Origin: Cyanophora paradoxa CCMP329
Taxonomy: Eukaryota > Plantae > Glaucophyta
Assembly (NCBI GenBank): GCA_004431415.1
Contig: QPMI01000621.1
Span: 150,034 to 214,033, forward strand
Direction of reading: 5' to 3'
Length of the DNA stretch: 64,000 bases
How positions within the stretch are numbered: the stretch's first letter is position 1; each line of letters opens with the position of its first letter. Of the stretch, positions 49,464-60,305 are shown in pieces. The translations under genes and the position numbers were made by a program. A model generated the notes under the pieces. It was given only the letters and a program-made list of their open reading frames with translations. It was not told the DNA's origin and did not search any database.

Positions 49464-52400
49464 CTATGTCTGGTCCAAATCCATTTCGTCTATTTCCCCC
49501 TCCGCTAGATCGTCTGCTAGAACCTCTGCTAGGGCCCTATCATCGAAATCGAGCATGTTGGCGCCCTCATCCTCCGCCTCCATCTCCTCCTCCGCCTCCT
49601 CCTCTGCCTCGGCGTCGTACTCGGCGGTCTCCTCCTCCTCCTCCTCCTCGTCCCCGCTCTCCTCGGGCACCTCGTCCTCCGGCACCGGATCCCCCTCCTG
49701 CAGCTCAATATCCTCGTCGATCTCCTCCTCGTCCGCAGGCAGGGGCACCGCTGCCACCTCCTCGCCCCCGGCGGCGCCGCCGCCGCCCTTCGCCCTGCAT
49801 AGCCGCTGACCGGTGGGGACGGGCCGCAGGTCGGGGATGAAGGGCCCATCTGGCCAGGCCTTGGCGGCGACGGGCGCGTCGTACTCGGCGTGGGCAGCGT
49901 CCTTCCGCCGGCGCTCGCCTCCGTCATGTTCCGCATCCACAGCGCCAGGCGCCGCCGCTGGTGCGTCATGATCTGCTTGAGCATGTCGAGGTCCTTGTTC
50001 CACCCGCCACCGAGAGACGTGACGGTGTGTCGCAGGCGCCGAAGGAGGCCCATGTAGGACTCGATGACCTCGCAGCTCCAACGGCCGGGCGCGTTCGTGT
50101 TGTCGACGCGCGCCCAGAACGCGAGGTGCGCAAGCGTCGAGTGCATGTAGCGTGTGAAGATCTTCCATAACGGGAAGTGTGTCTCCATCAGGCCCTGGAG
50201 CTCGGCGACGGCCTCGATAACTTGCTGCCGCGCCTCCTCGTCGGGCTTCATGTTCCGCTCGTACTGGTAGATGATCTGGCGGAGCTGCCAAATCTCGTGC
50301 ATGCCCTCGTCTTCTCGCTCCAGCTCTCCTTACTGTCGCCGAAGCAGATGCTGAAGAGGGTGTCGGGCGCCTCGGGGTCCTCCAGGATCTTCTTGGCGGT
50401 GTTGGCGGAGATCTTCTGGAAGAACTTGTAGGTGGCCCGTTCTCGGTCTTCTCGAACTTGATGTTCCGCGCGTATTTATCGCGAAGATGACGCTGCAGGT
50501 CTTCGATGCGCTTCTGCTGGTCCTCGGAGGCACCACAGGCGAGGGCGAGGAAGAAGTAGACGAAGAACCCGGCCACCCAGCTCTTGATGCCGTGCAGGGC
50601 GTCGTCGAGCCGGACCTGAGGTGCGCGTTGGCGTCCGCTGAGGCGAGGTGTCGCGGGCTTCTCACCTCGACGGCAGCGACGGGCAGCATGCTGTTCGGGA
50701 GCGGCTGCAGGAGGGCGTTGGCGTCGTGCTCGGGGTGCGGATTCTCTGTTCGCTGGCTGGAGGGAGGCCGTCCCGATCCCGCGGCCCTGCTGCGCGCACG
50801 ACTTCGACCGCCGAGCAATCGGACCTGCAGTAACGTGAGCCCATGCCGAATCTCAGCGCGTGTGACTCGGCGAACTGACCCGCGTCGGTGGACAGAATCG
50901 CAGTGCGGGCACAGGTCGAAGCCGAGGAGGACGCGGAGGAACTTGTAGTCGCCCGTCACCAAGAATTCGACCTCGACGGGCTTGTCGTGCTCGTACCCGG
51001 GGATCAGGGTGAGCGGGTTCTCGTTCAGGTACTCGACCATGTCGGCGAGGGGCTTGATGCGTGGGCGCAGGTTCTCCTCGCTGTCGCTACCGCCGAAGAG
51101 CATTAGGGGCAGGAGGGCGTAGCAGCTCTGAACGCCCTTCAGCGGGTGGTACGCCTGCGTCCCGTCCTCCTCGATGACGTAGTAGCCGTCGACGATTGCC
51201 ACGATGCAGGTCATGCCGTCGGTCGTGGAGACGCTCTTCCCGCGGAACGCGATCGTCCCGTCGCCGCCAGGCGGACTCGAGGTCTGATCTTCTTCCCCCT
51301 GTGCTTGTGCAGCGGGACGAAAGCGCTGATGAGGGCCGACAGGGCGGGCGTCGGCGTGACAGCTCTGCGGGGCGGCGGCGCTGCCGCCTCTCCGCCCGCC
51401 GCCGGCGCTGCCGCCTCTCCGCCCGCCGCCGGCGCTGCGCTCGACGGAGGCACAAAGAGCTCGAGCATGACGCCCGGCTTGCCCTTGTTCTCCTCGTCGC
51501 CGACGCCCGCCGCTGTTTCGACGATCTGCACGATCTGCACCGCTCGGTGAGCCTCGTCCCTCACCCCCGCCCCGCGCGCGCGCGCCGCGCCTTCTCGAGG
51601 TCATCGTTGACCTTGCCCCGTAGCTTCGTGATGCAGTGCTTCGACGGGAGGAAGGCTCGCAGCCCCACGAAGTGCTTCTTCAGGGCCTTCTTGAGGAGCT
51701 TCGTGAACTCAAAGTACGTCGCCTGCCCGGGTCGGTTTAGAACGGGATGGGGGTTAAAACATTCGAGAAAGGGCGCACGTCCGAGATGCAGTGGCGGTCC
51801 TTCCACTCTAGAATCTCGCAGTCGGGAAGGTGTCCCGCAGCTTCCTGCAGGCGATGCTCATCGCCTTCTTCACTTGCAGCTGACCCGATTTGCTCGTTTC
51901 CAGGGCTCGTTGGGCCTGCGGACGGTGGTTCAGAAAGGTGCTCTTCTCCAACGATTTTGTAGCCTATTAAAGTACGATTCTCGGTAGCTCTTTTTATGTA
52001 TAATAACGCGCACTGCGTGTGGCCCGATGATGCTCACGAGGCGGCGTGCCTCCGCCTCCAGCGCCTCCCTCCTCTTCTGATAGGCGCCCTCCTCCTCTCC
52101 TTTGTTCCTGGGGCGCCCTGGATAAGCATGCATATGCCTGCGCGCGCGCCGCCCCGCCTTGTACCTCGCGAAGTTCTTTTTAAACATGGGGAGGCGGATC
52201 TGGATGTCCGGACTCGCAGCGTTTAGAATCGTCGAGAGCAGCATGCGGAGGAACCGCGTGCGCCGCTGCCTGGACGTATCCGAGCATCCCTTCCCAGGGA
52301 CCTGCCTAGCTATGCGCGAGATGGTCGCTGCACGCTGTGCCGAAGTCCGCGGGACCTTGGCGCGCTTCGACTGGTGCTCCTCCCTAAGCTTCTTGTTCTC

Positions 52401-52952
52401 CGCCTCAAGCACTGCGATGCGCTCGTCGCGCGCTTTGAGCGTCGCCTTGCGGACGATCCGCTCCTCAGGCGGCACATCTTCCTTGCCGCGAGCGCGTTTC
52501 GGGGCGGTGCCGGGGCCGGGGCCGGCCGCGGCGCCGGGCTCGGCGCCTCATTAAGAACTGCATTCGTCTGCTCGCGGCCGGGCAGAGAGCATACACTCGT
52601 AAGCGCGGGCAAGTCAAGTCATGACATCGAATTTGAATGAGCGGCATACCACGTCGGCGCCGAACGCGCGACGACCGCGCTGCTGCTGCTGCTCTGGGCT
52701 AATCTGAGGCGATTGCGGGCTCGCTGGAGCCGATGGCGACCCGGGTGGCGAAGCTGGAGGGCTCTGCAGGATGCACTGGAGGAACACAGCCACTGCGGTG
52801 GCCTCTTGAAGCGCCGCCGTGCAAGCTAAGCTATGCGGATACAATGGAGACGCAATGCCGCGCGCCTCCAGTTCCAGGTGGGCGTTTCGGCTGTGGGTGA
52901 GCACTGCGATGATCCGCATAAGCGCCTGGTACGCGACCGACGCGTCCGCCAT
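49464..52952 (-). CDS. RAG1/Transib-like DDE transposase with acidic C-terminal tail (multi-exon, 1-bp indels), copy 1
   Basis: Motifs in RAG1 order: GRPR; GGDG; PLMLFGGSDSEENL; FLVTGDYKFLRVLLG..CPHC; DALHG; FTRYMHSTLAHL; GRWSCEVIESYMGLLRR. Confidence 0.88.
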
Positions 52953-53433
52953 CTCTAAAACGACTGCTGCGGGCGCTGGAAACGTTTGGGGCGCGGCTGG
53001 GCCGCGGACGGGGCGCGATGGGTCGCTGCATCGCGCGGGCGGGTTCAAAACTCGGAAAAAAAGATCGCGTGTACCTCCCCTGCCATCTGCGGAAGCGGCA
53101 GCTCCGAGCGCCGCGAGCAAGCATACACATCCGCGACAGTTAGGCGCCGAAGAGCAGCAGGCGAGCCCAGCATGCGCGATAATGCGCAATTGCGATGCAT
53201 AGCTACCTTAGGCGAAGCGGCTGGTCCACCCGCGCGGTCCTTGCCGGCCGCGATGCTCGCTCGTCGATATGGGTATGACGCGCTAAGCAAGGGGAGCATG
53301 CCCAGACTGGGTACGCAAACTGCTGAACGTCCAACTCCAGCTGAACGCCCTGCAGCTGGTGGGCCTGAAGCAGCCTCAAGCGTTAGCTATGTCGCATCGA
53401 CAGTGTAGCTATGTTAGCTGTGGAGCGAAGCAT

Positions 53434-54627
53434 ATGCCCGCTGACTACGTGTCCGAGGAGGAGGACCAGGAGGAGACCATCAACGCGCCGTGCAATCGCC
53501 CAATGACTTCGTCTGTCATCGAGATCAACAGCAGCGACTCGGAGAGCGATGGACCAGCGGCAGCGCGCCGAGCGCAGGGCGCGCATGAAGGCGGACGAGG
53601 AGCGCGCGCTCGAGGAGGAGGATGAGATCAGGCGGCGCCACCAGGCAGCTTTGGAGGTCAACCTCGCAATAGAGCGCGACTCGGTGAGGCCATACAAGCT
53701 GGCCGAGCTCAAGCAGTTGCTGGAGTACGCGCGCGCGTGGATGCGCGAGCACGAGCAGCTGTACGAGCAGTTCGAGGTCGCGCTGGCGCACAACAACTCC
53801 TCGAGGCCATTAACCTGCGGTCGGAGATCCGCAAGCACCGCAGCACGGCGCGCTTCTGCGGGCAGGACCCCCTCGGGCTCTACGAGGAGGCGGCCTTCAA
53901 GCCTCTCTATGACAACGTGACGGCCTTGCAGCGGCGGGCGGGGCAGATGGAGCATTTCGGCGACAATCTCTTCAAGTGCGCGGAGCACTTCCAGCGGGTG
54001 CGCATCCGGCAGCAGCAGGCGGCGGCGGCGGCGGCGGCGGAGGCGGCGGAGGCGGCGGCGGAGGCGGACGGGCTGCTGCTGCTGCTCGGTGCAAGCGCCG
54101 CCGCCTGCGTCGCGGCGACGGCGTGCTCGTCTCGCGGCCGGACGATGCCGACGACGAAGCGTAGCGCCGTTAGCCGCCCCCGCCCCGCCGTTAGCCGCCC
54201 CGCCCCGCCGGCCCCGCCCCCGCCCCGCCGGCCCCGCCCCGCCCCGCCGGCCCCGCCCCGCCCGCCCCGCCCGCCCCCGCCCCGCCCGCCCCGCCCGCCC
54301 CCGCCCCGCCCCCGCCCCGCCCCGCCCCGCCCGCCCCGCCCCGCCGCCCCGCCCCGCCCCGCCCGCCCGCCCGCCCCGCCCCGCCCCGCCGGCCCCGCCC
54401 CGCCCCGCCGGCCCCGCCCCGCCCGCCGGTCGCCGCCCTGCCGGCGACGGCGTCCTCGTCTCGCGGCCGGACGATGTCTGCAGCTAGAGTCACCAGCTGC
54501 AGTCTGCACCTGGCTTGAATACGACAGATTTACTAGTTATTCTGCTATCGTGCGCGCACCGTGGCACCGTGGCACCGTGGCACTCAGTGACTACCGAGAG
54601 TGGCGGCGGGCTGGCGGGGCGGGCTGA
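53434..54627 (+). CDS. Helical/coiled-coil cargo protein of the transposon (apparent frameshifts; 3' end uncertain)
   Basis: Overlapping codon-biased ORFs MPADYVSEEED.. / RMKADEERALEEEDEIRRRHQAALE.. / LEAINLRSEIRKHR..FKCAEHFQRVR. Confidence 0.5.
54170..54430. repeat. (CCCCG)n-type GC microsatellite
   Basis: About 260 bp composed almost entirely of CCCCG/CCCG units. Confidence 0.9.
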
Positions 54628-55931
54628 CAGGGCGGGGCGCCTGGCGGGACAGTCGGGGCCTCCGGGACACTCTGGCAGTCCGGGGCCTCGGGAGCCTATT
54701 TTCGCGCCATACAAGGCCTCCCCGACCCTGCAGCTGCATAGGAGGCCTTATATAGTGCTTTAAAAAGGTTCTCTAAGCTTTTTTCGATGTCTCCCAGCTC
54801 CTGGGGCGATGGGCCCAATTTGGAAGGGCCAAAAGTCAGCAGAAGACTAGCTGTAACGTAGTGTATAGGCGTATGATGAGTCATATGGTATGACGGGTTA
54901 AATGGGCCATCGCGGGGGCTTTGTGCAGGGCACTAAATAACGCCGTGTGACGCCTCTACATCTTGAATAAAAAGTTCTAATCAAGATACGAGGCTGCCGT
55001 GCTTCAATCGCAAGCCTCGGAGTGCAGATTCCCTGGCAGATCAAAAATTGCGAACGCGATACCGGGGTCGCCGCGCGCTCGCAGCCTTGCGAAACCTTGA
55101 GAGCGGATAAGATTGCCGCCGACAGCGAGCCCAGCTCCCCGCTCGCAGTGCAGCCGCGCGCTTAAGGCGCCGGCCAGCCACTTGGCCCGGCTGCAGCTGC
55201 TCCGGCACGGGCGGCCTCAGCCAGCCGGCACCATGCTATCGCAGCTTCAGCCATGAGCCTCGGAGAGGCGGAAGTCTCCGAGGCTCGGTCCGCGATCCAG
55301 GGCAGGCGTGCGTATGTTCCAAGTTCGCGGGCGAGGGCGTGCGCCTCGCCGAATCGTTGTCGCGGCGTGCGCCTCGCCAGGTGTACTACAGTGCCACAGT
55401 GCCACGTTGTCGAAAGCGCGAGCCGCTCAGTCAGCCGAGTTTCCTCCGCTGGCCAACCGGTACGCATACGCCCGGCCCGGCCGGCATGCCACGAGAGCGC
55501 CCGCGGCGCTTCACGCGGTCTTCCTTCATCTCCGTGACCCGCTTCTGCGAGACGAGGTCGGTGGGGGCAGCGGCTGCTTGCCGCAGTGCATGGATTGCCA
55601 GCCCCAGGTGCGAGGCCTTGACTCATCCCGAGCTTCCCGAGCAGATTACCAGGCGCGCCGGCGTAGCTCAGCGCCGATTGGGTCTGGCACGGTCCGCCTT
55701 TGCGGCCGACCCGGTTCCGTGCCCAAGCCGTTCCGACCTTCCCGAGCAGATTACCAGGCGCGCCGGGCGCACCTAGCTCAGCGTCGCCGAGCTTATAGGC
55801 TAGGCTTGCTCGGAGGCTCCGGATGCACGCACAGTTAGCCAACCAGCCGCGCCCGCGTCCCCGCCGGCTGTCGTGTGGGCGACGCATGCGCAAAAGGAAC
55901 ACAAATTTTTCTCATCCGATGAGAGCTCTAG

Positions 55932-57709
55932 CTATGCAGGACGAAGCGAGCGGCCGGGGCTAGCGCCCGATGGCGGGCGCCTCGAAAGGCGACGTCTCCG
56001 GCGGCACAGCAGCGTGTAGCTGCTGGACCGCGGCGACCCACCCTGCGACCCTAGGCCCCGGGGTTCCCGCATGAGCACGTCCCTCATGTAGAGATACTCG
56101 ATAACGGCCTCCAGCTCCTCCACCTCCTTTATGTACATGCGCTCCTCCTTCCGCCACACCTTCGCCTCACGCTCCAACTCCAAGTCCCAATTCCTCTTCA
56201 TCCTTGAGACCTGCGCCGCGCCGCGTTACGCGCCAGCGGGCGCACGCACGCGTGTGGGCAATCGCGGACCTTGTTTCCAAGTCATCCACCTTCGTCTGCA
56301 GCGCAGCGTTCTGGTTCTGCAGCTCCTCGCACTCCTCTTCGAGGTTTTTGACCCGAGTCGCTCTCTGCGGGCGCCGGAGGGACCGCCGTCAGCAGCGCAT
56401 TGCGGGCGCCGCGGCGCGGGCGGCGCGGCGGCCGGCGGGCTCACCAGACTGGCGTTGAGCTGCATCATCTCCTTCTCCAGCTGAGCGATCTTCTCCTCCC
56501 GTTGAGCGATCTGCCGCTGCTTCTCCCTGTTGGCCCACCGCAGATCAGGGAGCTCCCGCTCCAGGGAGCTGCACTTCTGTTGGAGCTCCTCACGCTGCGC
56601 CGGTGCACGGAGGAACACGTCGACTTTCGCCTTCAGTTGATTGGCGAGCTCCGCGCCAGTTAGACCCTTGTCTAGGACATCCTGCGGCCCGAATCAGCGA
56701 GGCAAGCTGCGGGCGAAGCGCACGGCGGCGTGAAACGGCGCGCGCACACGCTGCTGAAGGTACTCGATCGCTTCAAGGAGCTTGGACGCCATGCGAACCG
56801 CATCGGAAACCCGCTTGCAGCCGGTGAGCCTCCGATAGAGTGCGGCGTCCTCCTCCTCGATGCGAAAGCGGTGCCGCCCGGGCTTGTCCCAGGGGGTGAA
56901 TCGATCTTCCTCCTCGCCCGTCATCTCGACATCGCACTTGCGCCGCTTGCACTGCTGCTTGGTGACGTGGCGGGCTTCTTCGGGCTGGCTTCTTCGCGGC
57001 TGAGCTGGCAGGCGACGGCGCGACAGAGGATCGTCCATATACCGCTCCATGGCAACGAAGGGATCCTCATATTGCTCGCTCGGTGCCGCCGCGGGCGAAG
57101 GCTGGGAGGTCGCCGCCGCTGCCCGCTTGCGACTCACGCGCTTAGGCATGTCCACGGGGTCGCTGGCGAGGCCGCTGCCGCCGGCGGCTGCGTGCGTGGA
57201 GGCGTGGCCGGCTGATCATGCGAAGGCTGCGATTGCGAGGGCGCAGCTACTACCCGCTTGCGACGCGGGCGATCAGGCGTGTACACGGGGGTCGCTGATG
57301 AGGCAGCTGCGACAGGCGGCGTACACGGCTGTACAGGCGTACCCCCCCCCAAAGGCGTCCCTGGCGTCTCACAGCAGCCGCTGCCGGGGCTCTGCTCGAG
57401 CTCTGAGCGTACTGGCGAGACTTGTGGGGAGTCGCTCCCGCCCGCCGGCTCCGCCGCGGGAGGCGCCAGCGCGACCGCGGCCGTCGCATGCGCAGCTGGC
57501 GCTGCATGCGCAGGCTGAACGACTTGCTCGCTCAAAGCTGCGTCGCCAAAGTCGTCTGGATTCACGTCCTCGCCGAGGTCGTCCTGGCTGCCGCAGGTGC
57601 TGCCGCCAATCTGGCCGTGCCGCGGCCTGCCATCGCTGGCGCCGCCCAGCCACGCTCTAATGGAACCGAACGCTGAGCCGACCTTGGCAGACAGCACAGA
57701 GAGCGGCAT
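55932..57709 (-). CDS. Coiled-coil cargo protein of the transposon (multi-exon; probable frameshift)
   Basis: Disordered N-terminus, then heptad-rich REELQQKCSSLERELPDL..IAQLEKEMMQLN..WDLELEREAKVWRKEERMYIKEVEELEAVIEYL. Confidence 0.55.
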
Positions 57710-58270
57710 CTCGATCGCCGAACGCTAAGCTATAAGCGCTTTTGCTTTTCCCGCGCAAGTCCGTGGCTGGCCGCAATCTAGCTGCAGCTGGCCGTGGCTT
57801 GGAAGGGGGGGGAGATGGCTTGGGGGGGATATAGAATTTGGTCTAGCCAGCTCGAACTCGAACTCAGCCGGCTGATAGCCGCCGTGACACGGCCGTGTTC
57901 AAAATTCAAATTCCATCCATTGTTAAAGCTCGCGAACTAGCGGGATGTCCAAAAGGTCGCGCCGTTTTCGGCCCGTCGAGGTCCGTCCGGGGCCGTCTGC
58001 GACATGCGAAACAGCTCCTTACGTTTCAAACTGAACGGAGTTTGCGTCACGCCCCGCCCATTGTTAACTTCTTCCGCCAATGAAATTAGCCCAGCGCAAA
58101 CTTGAGCTCGAACTTGGCCTCGTACACAGTGGCGTACACACGCGGCCACAACGGTCACAGTAACGGTCAGCAGGCCGGCTTGCTAGTCAGCTTCCCTCGG
58201 CTAGGCCGGACTAGCTAGCTTCCCGCCATCGCGCACGCCCGAGCGCGAGCATTCCTGCACGCCGCCGTGC

Positions 58271-60193
58271 ATGAAGCAGTCAAAGCGAAAGGAACCCAGC
58301 CTCTGGGATGACGGCTTCGACGAGGCCCGACGTCGGCACCGCTGGCACGGCAAGCGACCCGACAGCAGCAGCTCGTGGGCCGGCAAGGGCAACATGAAGC
58401 GTGTCAACAAGATCACTCAGCAGGCGCGCAAGGCGAAGGAGCCCAAGCTCCCTGACCTCGACATCCTCAAGGGCGAGCACCCCGCGGCAACGGTCCGCTG
58501 CCTGGACACCAGCGGCCGCGCCTACCACGTTCGCCTTGGCGACTTCGTCATCTGTTCAGTTAGCTCAGACACCCAGCTGTGTCCAGAACTCAGCGTCGTT
58601 CGCCCGAAGCCCTTCCATTTCCCGCGCCCAGGTGAAACGATTTTGGCGCGAGTCGAGGGCGAGTTCCCAACACAGACGAAGGCGAAGCGCGGCGACTTCA
58701 ACTACTCCGTCAACGGCGTCATCCTTCGGCGCTTCGTGCGCCCGGAGGACTCCGATGTGAAGGACTGCGGGCTCGGCAGCGTGATCATCAAGGCAGACGG
58801 GGAGCAGGCAGCCGTGGCCATCGCAAACCACCTCATCTACTACTCGAACGTGACGGTCCGCCCGCCGCGCCCGCGCCCCGTTCCAGCGTCCGATGCCCGT
58901 GCGCGCAGGTTCACGCACCCGCGAAGGTGGTGGCCGCGGACGAGTACAAAGCCCTCAACCACGCCGATCCCACATCTACGTCTGTAAGCAAATCATGACG
59001 TTCCGGGCGACGGCTCCTTCCAGTTCGACGTCGCCCTCGCCTTCAACGCGAGGCTCAAGCGAGTGGCGAAGAAGAAGATGGCGTGCTTCCTCCGGCCGCT
59101 GTCGAGGCCGGAGGAGCGCGTGGAGGCGATTGGCTACCTTCAGGACGCCGCCGCGAACGCCCTCAAGCGCCGGAAGACCGGGACGCAGCTTGTCAACGTC
59201 AAGATCCCGGTGGCCGGGCCGGCAATGTTGGTCTGCGGCTCTTATGACTCGTTCGAAGTTCTTTTTCCTATCCTCTAACGGTGCGCATCGCAGGAGAACA
59301 TCGTGGCGCAGGTCGCGCACGTCGCCACGCCCATCGACCCGAAGACGGGCCAGCCGATCCCGGTTGACAAGCTGCCGGCGGCGAATCGCTTCGTTATCGA
59401 GCTTCCGGACCGCGAGACCGCTGCTGGTGGAAGCCGCTTCCTTTTTCCCGCTCGCTGTTCTTTTTCCGACCTCTTTGCAGCTGTTCTCGGTCCCTCCGGC
59501 GTGGCGCAAGCGTCCAAGCGCGTCTGCAAGCGGGACGCGGACGGGAAGGCGATCCGGAAGCACAGCGAGATGCAGACCGTCACCGTCGAGAAGGCGTACG
59601 GCGGCTTAATCGTGCCGCGCCACACGGGCTCCCATGACGTCGTCCAGTTCGACGAGCGTGCGCCCGGCCCGCCCTCGCCGCGCCGCTCGCTTACGAAGCT
59701 CTGCTCCTTGGGCGCGGCAGGTCCCGGTCGATCGTGGCCACGAAGCGCTCGGGCAGGAAAGGTGGGCACGTCACGCTCGAGCTTCCGAGCTACGAGTACG
59801 GCCCCGACGGCGAGCGCATCGCCAGCCTCGCGGGGCCCTCGCGGCTGTCCCCGTGAAGCGCCCGCGCCGGTGCCGCGCCGGCGCCAACACCGTCGCCAAG
59901 GCGCCGCCTGTCCCCGAAGCAGCCCCTTCAGAACCTGCCGCCGCCGCCCTGCCGGCCCCGCCGCCGCCGCCCTGCCGGCCCCCGCCGTCGCCGCCCCGCC
60001 GGCCCCCGCCGCCGCCGCCCTGCCGGCCGCCGCCGCCGCCGCCCGCCGCCCCGCCCCGCCGGTCGCCGCCCTGTCGGCCCCTGCTGCTGCTGCCCCACCG
60101 GCCGCTGCCGCCCTACCTGCCCCCGCCGCATCCGCCTCGGTCCCCAAGTGCGCCCCCTCCCCTCGCCCCCCGCTCGGCTACTTGCTCGCCTAA
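58271..60193 (+). CDS. BAH-domain-like protein, copy 2
   Basis: Duplicate of 47430-49350. Confidence 0.65.
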
Positions 60194-60305
60194 TCCTGCA
60201 GCAGGAAGGATCGCGCGGCACAGCTCGCGCCGCGGTGGCGGCGCGCAAGAGGGCAAAGTCGTGAAGCTGCTACTGAGAATCGCACTATCTAGGTTACAAG
60301 GTGCG

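Larger units (their letters stand above)
47296..58131. mobile_element. RAG1-like/Transib-superfamily DNA transposon, copy 1 (~10.8 kb)
   Basis: Unit defined by direct repetition at 58137 (period 10,841); begins CACACGCGGCCA and ends TGGCCTCGTACACAGTG; encodes a RAG1-like transposase and three other genes. Confidence 0.85.

Noticed and set aside
49464-52952. Programmed frameshifting or an alternative genetic code to explain the broken transposase ORFs
   Set aside because: Most breaks differ between the two copies and fall in homopolymers, and host genes translate normally with the standard code.
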